Below, in pieces: positions 35,665 through 44,224 of a stretch of DNA of 64,000 bases. Position numbers and translations under genes: made by a program. This DNA is from an uncultured Candidatus Saccharibacteria bacterium (GTDB lineage: Bacteria > Patescibacteriota > Saccharimonadia > Saccharimonadales > SZUA-47), in contig CAYQPN010000002.1 in assembly GCA_964419675.1 (NCBI GenBank), forward strand, positions 67,073 to 131,072. Direction: 5' to 3'. The notes beneath the pieces are model-generated. The model was given only the letters and a program-made list of their open reading frames with translations, searched no databases and had not been told where the DNA came from. Each line of letters starts with the position of its first letter. Within the stretch, counting starts at the first letter, position 1.

Positions 35665-35686
35665 GCGATAAACAAGGTATAAAATT

Positions 35687-35863
35687 ATGATGAAGAAAAA
35701 AGCGGAACCCGAAAAAACAGAAGGCGTAAATAAAATTAAGTCTAGATTTCAACTTACGGAAAAACAACGAACAATTATATTAATATCTTTATTGATTTTT
35801 GCAATCGGCTTTATTTATTGGACAAAAAATAGCTACAACCAAAACTTCATCGACAGTTTCTAG
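35687..35863 (+). CDS. Possible small single-pass membrane protein (58 aa)
   Basis: Hand-translated: MMKKKAEPEKTEGVNKIKSRFQLTEKQRTIILISLLIFAIGFIYWTKNSYNQNFIDSF. It is below the ORF-track size cut-off and has only a weak SD. Confidence 0.35.
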   Translation: MMKKKAEPEKTEGVNKIKSRFQLTEKQRTIILISLLIFAIGFIYWTKNSYNQNFIDSF

Positions 35864-35880
35864 AGTAGTCCTGTTAATAG

Positions 35881-36912
35881 TTATTCGTCCAAAGCCTTCT
35901 TAAACTTCTCGATTAAGTCTACTGGTGTTGGGTCTAGACCATTTAATAGCGCTGTGTAAATACTTACAAAATCTCCAAAGGCCACACAGTAAAGAAGTTG
36001 TTCAAGCACTGTTTCACCCTTAGCCTCCACAATATTTGGTGACGGTCTCTTTCCGCTTAGTAGGCGTTCTGTCACCTCAAACCTTTTTTGTACTCGGGAA
36101 TGTTCAAACCCAGATCTAAGCTCTATAACTGAATAAGGTTTTTCTACGGGGTGAGATGTCCAACCTAAAAATTCATTATGTGAAAATTCAGGAATTTCAT
36201 TACACCATGCAACGTTTTTAGCGTTTTCATTAAAGCTAATCTTCCATTTATACGCAGCCGGATACATCTTTGGTCCAGCATAAATTACCGGTGAAGTTCC
36301 TGCAACCTCTAGAGCAAGCTGTTTAGCTGGATTTTTAGCTGTCGGGACATCAGGCAACCAGTTTGCTATTTCTGTTTTCAGAAATTCTGCCGTTTCTTTA
36401 AGTATCTCCTCTGCTCTCTCTTCATAAACAAACCCTGCTCTCTCTAAAATGGTCACTATCGCCTTAACCCCGTTAAGTACCCCGAATCTTGGCTGTGATG
36501 CTACTGGCAAAAGCGCATAAGGATAACCATATTTTTTTGTAAGTTCAATTAGTCTTCCGCCACTTGCTGCTACAACAATGTGCGACCCAGCCTTTCGCCC
36601 CGCTTCAAGTGCAGATATAGACTCTTCCGTATTCCCTGAATAACTTGAAACAACTAACAGAGTTTTATCGGTGATATAAGCTGGCGCATCATACTTGCGC
36701 CAAATTTCAAAAGGCAACTTATACCCTGGCCAAGTTAATGACAATAGGGCCCATAGTGCTGAACCACCCATTCCAGCAAATACAATATTTTCAACTTCAA
36801 AATTTAGCTCGGGCAAGTCGTACACTGTCTCTAATTGTTGCCACTGCTTCGCCGCAATACCTAAGGCATCCTCGGCATCTTTTGAATGAATATATTTAAG
36901 ATCATCAAGCAT
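35881..36912 (-). CDS. Bifunctional phosphoglucose/phosphomannose isomerase (SIS domains)
   Basis: FAGMGGSA, VVSSYSGNTEE, and a C-terminal PGI/PMI-type region, as in archaeal and CPR bifunctional enzymes. Confidence 0.82.
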   Translation of the reverse strand: MLDDLKYIHSKDAEDALGIAAKQWQQLETVYDLPELNFEVENIVFAGMGGSALWALLSLTWPGYKLPFEIWRKYDAPAYITDKTLLVVSSYSGNTEESISALEAGRKAGSHIVVAASGGRLIELTKKYGYPYALLPVASQPRFGVLNGVKAIVTILERAGFVYEERAEEILKETAEFLKTEIANWLPDVPTAKNPAKQLALEVAGTSPVIYAGPKMYPAAYKWKISFNENAKNVAWCNEIPEFSHNEFLGWTSHPVEKPYSVIELRSGFEHSRVQKRFEVTERLLSGKRPSPNIVEAKGETVLEQLLYCVAFGDFVSIYTALLNGLDPTPVDLIEKFKKALDE

Positions 36913-37075
36913 TATTATTAGTATATAGTATTTGAAAATTAGAATTTAAGAATGCAAAAAATTCACAAAATTATTTTAGACTACATAATTGTTATGCTTT
37001 TTGGTAGAATTAGAATAATTTCGAATATGCGATTTCAAGCTTCGTAGTATAAACGAAGTAAATAATGGGGGTGAG

Positions 37076-37741
37076 ATGTTCGGTACAGATGATAACACAC
37101 AGCAATCAGTAAATGATCCAGCAATGCTAGACAACGTCACTCAATTGGCAAAAGAACCAGCAAGCATGTTCCAAGCAACTCCTGTAAGCTCTGACGCCTC
37201 GGCCGTTACCGCTCCACAAGCACCAGCTAGCGTTGCAAAGCCTTGGACAGGATATGACCAGACAGATGATTCAGCAAATGAAGATATTGCCGAGGATGAT
37301 TCAAGCGAAGAGTCTGATCAGTTGCTTGACGATACCGACAACTCTGAAGATGCTGATGCTCCCACACCCATTTCGGACATTACCCCACCACCAACTGCAC
37401 AATCAGACGACGATCAAACTCCTGATGATAATTCGCATACCGTCGCCTTGGGCCAGCAAGTCTCCACAATAAACTCAGTTATTGATATTGATAAATTGGC
37501 AAGCGTAAAACAGCAAGCCCTAAATCATTTAGAGCCACTAGTTGGCAAGCTAAACCAAACTCCTGAAGAGGAATTTAGGACCACTATGATGATGATTCAG
37601 GCTAACGACAACCACACATTAATTGAAAAAGCACTACACGCAGCCAAAAATATTAAAGACGACAACGAGCGTGCTCAGGCCATGCTAGACATTGTCAATG
37701 AGGCTAACTATTTCACACATCAAGCTTCTGAAGAAGAGTAG
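37076..37741 (+). CDS. Hypothetical highly acidic protein
   Basis: 221 aa with an Asp/Glu/Ser/Pro-rich disordered N-terminal two thirds and a helical C-terminus. Good SD (GGGGGTGAG). Confidence 0.55.
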   Translation: MFGTDDNTQQSVNDPAMLDNVTQLAKEPASMFQATPVSSDASAVTAPQAPASVAKPWTGYDQTDDSANEDIAEDDSSEESDQLLDDTDNSEDADAPTPISDITPPPTAQSDDDQTPDDNSHTVALGQQVSTINSVIDIDKLASVKQQALNHLEPLVGKLNQTPEEEFRTTMMMIQANDNHTLIEKALHAAKNIKDDNERAQAMLDIVNEANYFTHQASEEE

Positions 37742-37745
37742 TCTT

Positions 37746-38225
37746 CTATAGATTATTTAGTTCGCGTCTACGAGCTATGGCGTAGCCAACTGCAACAGAG
37801 ACTATAGGAAAGGTTAACAATATTGAACCAGACCCAGTATTTGGGATGGCAGTGCTTGATTTGGCGACTACTGCTGGTGTATTAACGGCTGTAGTAGAGT
37901 TTGGAACACTAGTTGTAGCTGCGCTGTTGCTAACGACTCCTCCAGGCTCAACAGCAGGAGTAGCCGTATCTGTTTTACTAGTGTCTGTAACTAGTGAATT
38001 TTCTTTATCATTACCATTAACAACTGCTGTTTTTGTATCTTCCTTAGTAAGCTGACGATAAGTCCAACGACCACCAATAAACAACCCTGCTATTACTCCG
38101 ACTGTAATTATTAAGCTAAATAAAGCCATAACCCAAGCCCTGCCACTTCGATTATTGCGCTGATTCTCGTAATATTCTTCAAGCTCAGCAATAGTTGCTT
38201 TCTTGTCTCTATTAAATAGTGCCAT
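37746..38225 (-). CDS. Putative sortase substrate (surface protein with LPXTG-like sorting signal)
   Basis: C-terminus ...TAIPNTGSGSILLTFPIVSVAVGYAIARRRELNNL reads as an LPXTG-like IPNTG motif, a hydrophobic helix and a basic tail. There is an N-terminal signal-anchor helix and a Thr/Ser/Ala-rich stalk. The start is set at MALFNRD (ATG 38225), preceded by AGGAG. Confidence 0.62.
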   Translation of the reverse strand: MALFNRDKKATIAELEEYYENQRNNRSGRAWVMALFSLIITVGVIAGLFIGGRWTYRQLTKEDTKTAVVNGNDKENSLVTDTSKTDTATPAVEPGGVVSNSAATTSVPNSTTAVNTPAVVAKSSTAIPNTGSGSILLTFPIVSVAVGYAIARRRELNNL

Positions 38226-38337
38226 ATAAACTCCTGTTTCCACCCGTTTCTAAGCCTATTGTACTACATATTTTATTATAATGCAAGTACTTATTTGCGC
38301 TTTATATAATATGGTGAGATAATTTACCTAAGAACTA

Positions 38338-38784
38338 ATGGAAACACATAAAAGAACAGAGGCTATCTTAAGACACTCTTATCGGTTCCCATTGTACATT
38401 ATTAACTACTCTCGTTGGATAATGCACAGAATCGGATCAATTGAAAGCCAGAGATTATCCAGAAATGAACATTGTGGGGGTTCATCCTACAGGTACAGAG
38501 ATATTGTCAGAAACGTAGGCCACTTGATGTTAGATGCCGGCAGAGAAGCGCCTTCAGTCTCTATTGAGCTGTGGAGAGAGGGGTTTATGCCATTTGCAAA
38601 GGGCCTTTGGGAAAATAAAAGCAGAATACTTACAAGAAAGTTTGGAGAGGACCAGCCACTCGTAGAAAATCCTAATATTGTGCCACCTATGCCCTTACCG
38701 ACGGATATTATTTCATTAGGAAGCTTAATTGTCGAAACTACAATTACAGAGTTCCCTGCCGAGGCCACAATCCACAGTAATTAA
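38338..38784 (+). CDS. Hypothetical protein
   Basis: 148-aa ORF with no recognisable motif; coding status uncertain. Confidence 0.3.
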   Translation: METHKRTEAILRHSYRFPLYIINYSRWIMHRIGSIESQRLSRNEHCGGSSYRYRDIVRNVGHLMLDAGREAPSVSIELWREGFMPFAKGLWENKSRILTRKFGEDQPLVENPNIVPPMPLPTDIISLGSLIVETTITEFPAEATIHSN

Positions 38785-38841
38785 AATAATATATTGTCAA
38801 AAATCACTGTTCTATATTTACAAAAACCTGGTCCACGAGAT

Positions 38842-40488
38842 TTACATTCCTAGACCCATACCACCCATACCAGGTGAATCGGTAGCCCCAGAATTTTTCT
38901 CAGGAACATCGACTACCAGCGCCCCCATCGTCATAGAAGTTCCTGCAATTGAAACTGCATTTTGAACCGCTTGTTTAGTAACTAATACGGGATCAATGAC
39001 GCCGGCAGATTTCATGTCTACTAATTTTACAGGGTTATTAACGTTCACGCCCTGCCCGGCTTTGGCTTTTTTAACCTGTGGCAACCATTCATCAGGATTT
39101 TGACCAGAATTTTCCATCAAAATTCTAAATGGCTGTTCTAAAGCTTTTGCCAGCAATTGCGCACCGACATTTTCTGTCTCGTTTTTCAATGCTTTTATCT
39201 GCGATGACAAGTCAACCAAAGTCACGCCACCGCCAGGTACAATACCTTCATCCATAGCTGCTTTAACAGCAGCAACAGCATCGTCTACTCTAAACTTCTT
39301 TTCTTCAATCTCTGTTTCTGATGCTCCGCCCACTTTAATAACCGCTACCTTGCCACCTAGTGATGCTCGGCGCTTTTCCAAGGCTTCTTTATCATATTCG
39401 CTACTTACAGATTTAATCTGCAAATTTATCTCAGCAATTCTTGCTTTTACAGCTGAATCCTTGCCGGCCCCTTCAATAATTGTAGTGTTATCTTTGTCTA
39501 CAATTACCTTGCGTGCAGAACCAATCATGTCCATAGTTGCGTTTTCAAAGGTAATGCCCTGTTCTTCAGCTATAACAGTCGCGCCGGTTAAAACAGCAAT
39601 ATCACTCAAAACATCTTTTCTGCGTTCACCAAAGCTTGGAGCCTTAACTGCTACAGTGTTAAACACCCCTTTTAGCTTGTTTAAAACCAACATTGTCATA
39701 GCTTCACCCTCGACGTCTTCAGCAATCAATACCAGTTCCTTTTTACCAGCAGCAACAAGTTGTTCTAAAAGTGATGATATTTCTTGAATATTACTGATTT
39801 TCTTATCTGTTACAACAATTGCCGGCTTGTTCAAAACTGCTTCCATCCGGCCGGTGTCAGAAACCATGTAAGGGCTCACAAAACCACGGTCAAATGTAAA
39901 GCCTTCCACTACTTCGCTCTCTAGTGTCAGTCCTTGCCCTTCTTCAACAGTTACTACACCGTCTTTGCCAACCTTATCCATGACATCTGCTATCAAGTCT
40001 CCGATGGCTTTATCACCAGCAGAAATTGTAGCTACTTCGGCAACGCGCTCTTTTTTGCCGACAATAGGTTCACTCATAGCTTCTAATTGGTTTATAACGT
40101 CCGCAGAAGCTTTCTCTAGCCCTTTTCGAAGTTGCATTGGGTCATGTCCGGCTGCGATCAGCTTATTAGCCTCGTTCAATATGTGATACGTCAAAACCGT
40201 CACTGTCGTCGTACCGTCACCGGCTACGTCGTTCATCTTACTGGCAGCCTGTTTGATAAGCTCTGCGCCAACTTTATACCCCAATGTTTCATCGTCAACA
40301 TCTGCAATATCAACTCCTTTAGCCACCGTAACACCGTCATGCGTAACAGTTGGATGACCGTAGCTCTTGCCAATAACTACATTACGGCCTTTCGGGCCTA
40401 AAGTTGTTTTAACTGCATCATATAAAATCTTCGCGCCACCAAGAACCCTTCTTCTTGCATCCTCATCATAAAATACTTTTTTACTCAT
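38842..40488 (-). CDS. groL: Chaperonin GroEL
   Basis: Full-length GroEL: AVKTTLGPKGRNVV, GDGTTTVTVL, and the C-terminal GGMGGMG-like tail. Confidence 0.98.
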   Translation of the reverse strand: MSKKVFYDEDARRRVLGGAKILYDAVKTTLGPKGRNVVIGKSYGHPTVTHDGVTVAKGVDIADVDDETLGYKVGAELIKQAASKMNDVAGDGTTTVTVLTYHILNEANKLIAAGHDPMQLRKGLEKASADVINQLEAMSEPIVGKKERVAEVATISAGDKAIGDLIADVMDKVGKDGVVTVEEGQGLTLESEVVEGFTFDRGFVSPYMVSDTGRMEAVLNKPAIVVTDKKISNIQEISSLLEQLVAAGKKELVLIAEDVEGEAMTMLVLNKLKGVFNTVAVKAPSFGERRKDVLSDIAVLTGATVIAEEQGITFENATMDMIGSARKVIVDKDNTTIIEGAGKDSAVKARIAEINLQIKSVSSEYDKEALEKRRASLGGKVAVIKVGGASETEIEEKKFRVDDAVAAVKAAMDEGIVPGGGVTLVDLSSQIKALKNETENVGAQLLAKALEQPFRILMENSGQNPDEWLPQVKKAKAGQGVNVNNPVKLVDMKSAGVIDPVLVTKQAVQNAVSIAGTSMTMGALVVDVPEKNSGATDSPGMGGMGLGM

Positions 40489-40513
40489 CGTTAGTTTCCT
40501 TTTTTATTATTTA

Positions 40514-40783
40514 TCAATTTACCTTTGCGTAAATATTCTCATTTTTTACAAGCATATATTCAACACCCTCTACCTTGATGTCGGTGTTGCTATAACCACC
40601 AAACACTACTTGGTCGCCAACTTTTACATCAACAACAGCTGGCCCAACCGCTAAAACACTAGCAATCTTTGGTTTTTCAGCCCCACTATCTGGTAAATAT
40701 AGTCCACTAGCAGTTTTTGTTTGAGCCTTTTCCTGCTGAACAACAACATAGTCAGCTAAAGGCGTAATAGGAACTTTAGACAT
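40514..40783 (-). CDS. groS: Co-chaperonin GroES
   Basis: MSKVPITPLADYVVVQQ...GLYLPDS...VGDQVVF, 89 aa. The start is set at ATG 40783, preceded by GAGGAG. The track ORF is extended upstream. Confidence 0.95.
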   Translation of the reverse strand: MSKVPITPLADYVVVQQEKAQTKTASGLYLPDSGAEKPKIASVLAVGPAVVDVKVGDQVVFGGYSNTDIKVEGVEYMLVKNENIYAKVN

Positions 40784-40859
40784 GTAGTTACTCCTCTTTA
40801 AAATATAAATCAAAAAATTATTGTGAGACAGGTACCCTCGCAAAAAACTGTACCCATTT

Positions 40860-40886
40860 CTAGCACTCATCATACAAGAGCGCTAA
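40860..40886 (-). promoter_or_regulatory. CIRCE (HrcA operator) upstream of groES-groEL
   Basis: CTAGCACTC-N9-GAGCGCTAA versus consensus TTAGCACTC-N9-GAGTGCTAA (one mismatch per half-site), about 77 nt upstream of the groES ATG. Confidence 0.75.
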
Positions 40887-40898
40887 TACTCTAGTCAA
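40869..40898 (-). promoter_or_regulatory. Putative groESL promoter overlapping CIRCE
   Basis: On the minus strand: TTGACT (40898-40893), 18-nt spacer, TATGAT (40874-40869). Confidence 0.5.
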
Positions 40899-40914
40899 GG
40901 TGCTCTAATTATAT

Positions 40915-41598
40915 TTATCTTAAGGATGTATGACTTTGCGCGCTTTGTTCCTGAAACCGTAAGACATTTGCAGCGGCTACTTTGAACCGTGCTTTGCTAT
41001 GGTCTATTTTGCCATTTTTGCTAGGTGCTAGGGCTTCTCGAATTACAGACGGTAAAGAGACTTTTGGTATGTATCCGTACTCGCTCACGACAAGCGCACT
41101 TGTACCTACACATATATTGCCTAAATTATAGGCGTTTCCAAGGACCTCGGATGCTGGTGAAAATTGTTCTACAGTACATTCACCATCACTCAGAGTATCG
41201 TCTAGGTATAGACTACCTCCAGCTACATCGGGAAAAACATACCCTGGGAACAGTGATATTCTAGGTTTTTTTGGACCTGCTACTCTATCTTCTAGAGTTT
41301 TTCTTACCCTATTCTTTAGTTCAGCATGTGGGTTAAAGTGCGCTTCTGGTGGCCTAACTAGGTAGTCTAGATCCACAGATCCTTTAACAAACCCCGATTC
41401 CTCGGGTTGAGGGCGTCGTAAATTCGGAAAACCCAAACCAACTACAATAGGTGCAACTCTAGCCCCATAGAACTCATCAGAGAGTATCCCTGCTTCTACA
41501 AGAGGTGCTGTTAGCCAATCCGCAGGCTTAATAGATGGTACAACATCGTTATTCCAATGCGATATTTCTGAGGTTCCAGACAATAAATTAACAGACAT
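40915..41598 (-). CDS. Hypothetical protein
   Basis: 227 aa with no signal peptide or recognisable motif. Putative promoter upstream: TTGTAA-17-TACAAT with TGC. Confidence 0.55.
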   Translation of the reverse strand: MSVNLLSGTSEISHWNNDVVPSIKPADWLTAPLVEAGILSDEFYGARVAPIVVGLGFPNLRRPQPEESGFVKGSVDLDYLVRPPEAHFNPHAELKNRVRKTLEDRVAGPKKPRISLFPGYVFPDVAGGSLYLDDTLSDGECTVEQFSPASEVLGNAYNLGNICVGTSALVVSEYGYIPKVSLPSVIREALAPSKNGKIDHSKARFKVAAANVLRFQEQSAQSHTSLR

Positions 41599-41677
41599 AC
41601 TATTATTGTAGCATAATTATACATATATTACAATAGTCTTTTGATAAGTTTACTTGAGGTAGTAGAATATATGGAGC

Positions 41678-42538
41678 ATGGCAGAAATAAATACTAAGAT
41701 TCTAGTGACTGGTGCGGAATATTTTGATGATGGATTTGCAATTAATGCCTATATGGACAATAAAATCCCGGTAAATATACAAAAAGCTATCACTGAACAT
41801 GCCGAAATAAAAAATTGTTTTGAAAAAGCCGGTATAGAAGTTATAAAAGTTGACGCTCCAATAGATTGCCAAGATGGCGTTTATACCGCAAATTGGGGGT
41901 TAGTTAAAGGTAATAAGATTGTCTTGTCGAACTTACCCAATAAACGCAAGGCTGAAGAAGCATACGCTGAAAGAGTATTACATGACTTGGGTTATGAAAC
42001 TGTTAAATTACCTGAGGGAATACATTTTAGCGGCCAAGGTGATGCCTTGCCATGCGGAAAATACTTGTTCGTTGGCTCACATTATCGCACCAGCCCTGAG
42101 GCGCACCCACTACTCGCACGCGAACTAGGACTAAATGTCATTGGGTTGCAAACCATCCCTCAACTTGATGGTAATCAACACCCCGTGATTAATCCCATTA
42201 CAGGGTGGCCTGATAGTTTTTTCTATGACATTGATCTAGCACTTGCAGTGATAGACGAAAACACAATTGCCTGGTGCCCAGAAGCTTTCCTACCTGAGTC
42301 ACAAGAACAAATCATAGCGATAAATGACCTCGAAAAAATAGAAGTTAGCCTAGAAGAAGCGATGAACGGCTTTGCTTGTAATCTCGTATCAACCGGTGAG
42401 ACTGTGATAATGAGCAACCACGCACCAAATCTTAAAAAAGCCCTAGAAGACCGAGGCTTAACTGTTTACGCTCCTGAAGTAACTGAACTGCTAAAAGGCG
42501 GGGGCTTCATCCGCTGTGTAAGCCTTACCCTTGCTTAG
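41678..42538 (+). CDS. Amidinotransferase/DDAH-family (guanidino-group-modifying) enzyme
   Basis: The C-terminal GGGFIRCVSLTL matches the catalytic-Cys motif of this superfamily. Size (286 aa) fits DDAH/amidinotransferase better than arginine deiminase. Confidence 0.72.
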   Translation: MAEINTKILVTGAEYFDDGFAINAYMDNKIPVNIQKAITEHAEIKNCFEKAGIEVIKVDAPIDCQDGVYTANWGLVKGNKIVLSNLPNKRKAEEAYAERVLHDLGYETVKLPEGIHFSGQGDALPCGKYLFVGSHYRTSPEAHPLLARELGLNVIGLQTIPQLDGNQHPVINPITGWPDSFFYDIDLALAVIDENTIAWCPEAFLPESQEQIIAINDLEKIEVSLEEAMNGFACNLVSTGETVIMSNHAPNLKKALEDRGLTVYAPEVTELLKGGGFIRCVSLTLA

Positions 42539-42565
42539 TATTAGCTTCTGTGGTATAATAAAAAG

Positions 42566-42811
42566 ATGACCGAGCAGTTTTCTCCCGGTAATTATCTTAA
42601 AGGCTTGAGCCTGCTATTACAAAGCACCGCCAGGAATCCAGACGGGCCTCATGCTAGTAGGTATATAGACCCAGCAACTGGTGAGGTGCTATCGAATAGC
42701 CCTGATGTAATAGTATTGGAGTTTGGTGTTCCTGGCGCACCTATATCTGACTTAATTCATCAGCAAGAAGCTACAGTACTACCTTTCAAGAGACCAGAAG
42801 CTACTTCTTAA
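42566..42811 (+). CDS. Hypothetical small protein
   Basis: 81-aa ORF with no motif. It overlaps the murE 3' end convergently by 11 nt. Confidence 0.35.
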   Translation: MTEQFSPGNYLKGLSLLLQSTARNPDGPHASRYIDPATGEVLSNSPDVIVLEFGVPGAPISDLIHQQEATVLPFKRPEATS

Positions 42812-44156
42812 ATCTTATTGCAGCTTTCACTACTTTTACCTCGTCGTAAGATCGCTTTAAAACTCTTCTTTCATCGCCGTCGTCTTGAGGTAAATGACGC
42901 AGTTCTTCAGCTTGCGGACCGTTATACAAAATCGATTTTTCATGCCCCTTACCAAGCAACATCACCAAATCGCCAATTTTGGCCATACTTATTGCGGTTT
43001 TCACTGCTTCTTCCCTATCGTGAATTTTAAATAAATCTTTGCCCATAACTTTCCCAGATTTTTCGGCGCCTTCAGCAATTTGCCCCAATATTAGTTCGCC
43101 GTCAATATCTCTGTCGTCTTCTTCTGTCGCAATCACTACGTCGCACCACTTCCCTGCTATTTCGCCTTGTCGCGCACGTTTCGCTTCGTCACGCCTGCCG
43201 GCAGAACCAAAAACACAAATCAACCTTTTATCGCTCAGAGGTCTGACCTCTGCAAGGATCTTTTCAAAACTTTCAGGCGTATGGGCGTAATCTACAATTA
43301 CTGCAAAATCTTGGCCTACGTCAACCTTTGTCATTCGGCCTTCTACTTCATGTAGGCTATCAATCCCTTTTTCAATCTCCTGCTTACGCAATCCAATCGC
43401 GATACCAGCCGAAACAGCCGCCAGCGAATTGTAAACATTAAAACTCCCCGGCAAATGACAATCTATCCGATATTCGTCACCCAATGTTTTTGCAACATAA
43501 CGTGAACCAGCAGGAGTCAGCTTAATCTTCTCCGCCCTAACGTCAGCCTGTTTTGTGCCGTAGAACATAGGGTTTGCGACATCGCTGGCAAACAACTCCG
43601 CGGACGGGTCTTCAGCATTAATTATCCCTATTCTTTGCCCGCCCTTATTCTTGTTAGCTAGCTTAAACAAACGTCTCTTAGCGTCTCTGTAGTTATCAAA
43701 AGTACCATGATAGTCGAGGTGTTCATGCCCTACATTTGTCATAACCACAAAATCAAAAGGTACTCCCCAAACCCGGTATTGGGCGAGCGCATGCGACGTT
43801 ACTTCTAAAACCAGCCATTCTACGCCTTCGTTTTTCATCTTGGTTAGCGAGCTGGTGAGTTTTTTTGCACCAAAAGTAGTCAGCCTAGACGGATTGTCTT
43901 GAGGCCCTTGACCGTCCCCGTAATCAACACTGATTGTTGTCATCATGGCCACTTTCTTTCCAGAATTCCTCAACATTTGAGTAATTAACGTGCTTGTAGT
44001 TGTTTTCCCATCTGTGCCTGTTACGCCAATAACCTTCATAGACCGCGCCGGAAAGCCAGCCCTTGTCTGATAAATAACAGATTCAATAAGGTGACCCAAA
44101 GGTTCAATCTTCTTAAACAACTGAGCGGGCACAAGGCGCTTTATCATCTTCTTCAT
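42801..44156 (-). CDS. murE: UDP-N-acetylmuramoyl-tripeptide synthetase (MurE-type Mur ligase)
   Basis: GVTGTDGKTTTSTL P-loop and the Mur ligase middle and C-terminal domains (DYAHTPES). Amino-acid specificity (Lys versus mDAP) is not resolved. Confidence 0.9.
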   Translation of the reverse strand: MKKMIKRLVPAQLFKKIEPLGHLIESVIYQTRAGFPARSMKVIGVTGTDGKTTTSTLITQMLRNSGKKVAMMTTISVDYGDGQGPQDNPSRLTTFGAKKLTSSLTKMKNEGVEWLVLEVTSHALAQYRVWGVPFDFVVMTNVGHEHLDYHGTFDNYRDAKRRLFKLANKNKGGQRIGIINAEDPSAELFASDVANPMFYGTKQADVRAEKIKLTPAGSRYVAKTLGDEYRIDCHLPGSFNVYNSLAAVSAGIAIGLRKQEIEKGIDSLHEVEGRMTKVDVGQDFAVIVDYAHTPESFEKILAEVRPLSDKRLICVFGSAGRRDEAKRARQGEIAGKWCDVVIATEEDDRDIDGELILGQIAEGAEKSGKVMGKDLFKIHDREEAVKTAISMAKIGDLVMLLGKGHEKSILYNGPQAEELRHLPQDDGDERRVLKRSYDEVKVVKAAIRFKK

Positions 44157-44171
44157 TATGTTTATTGTACT

Positions 44172-44205
44172 AAAAAAACCGCGCTAGCATTAACGCGGTT
44201 TTTTA
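44172..44205 (-). terminator. Intrinsic terminator after the repeat-protein gene
   Basis: ACCGCG (44178-44183) pairs with CGCGGT (44195-44200), flanked by A7 and T6 runs (bidirectional shape). Confidence 0.7.
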
Positions 44206-44224
44206 GCGCATAGAAGTATTTTGC

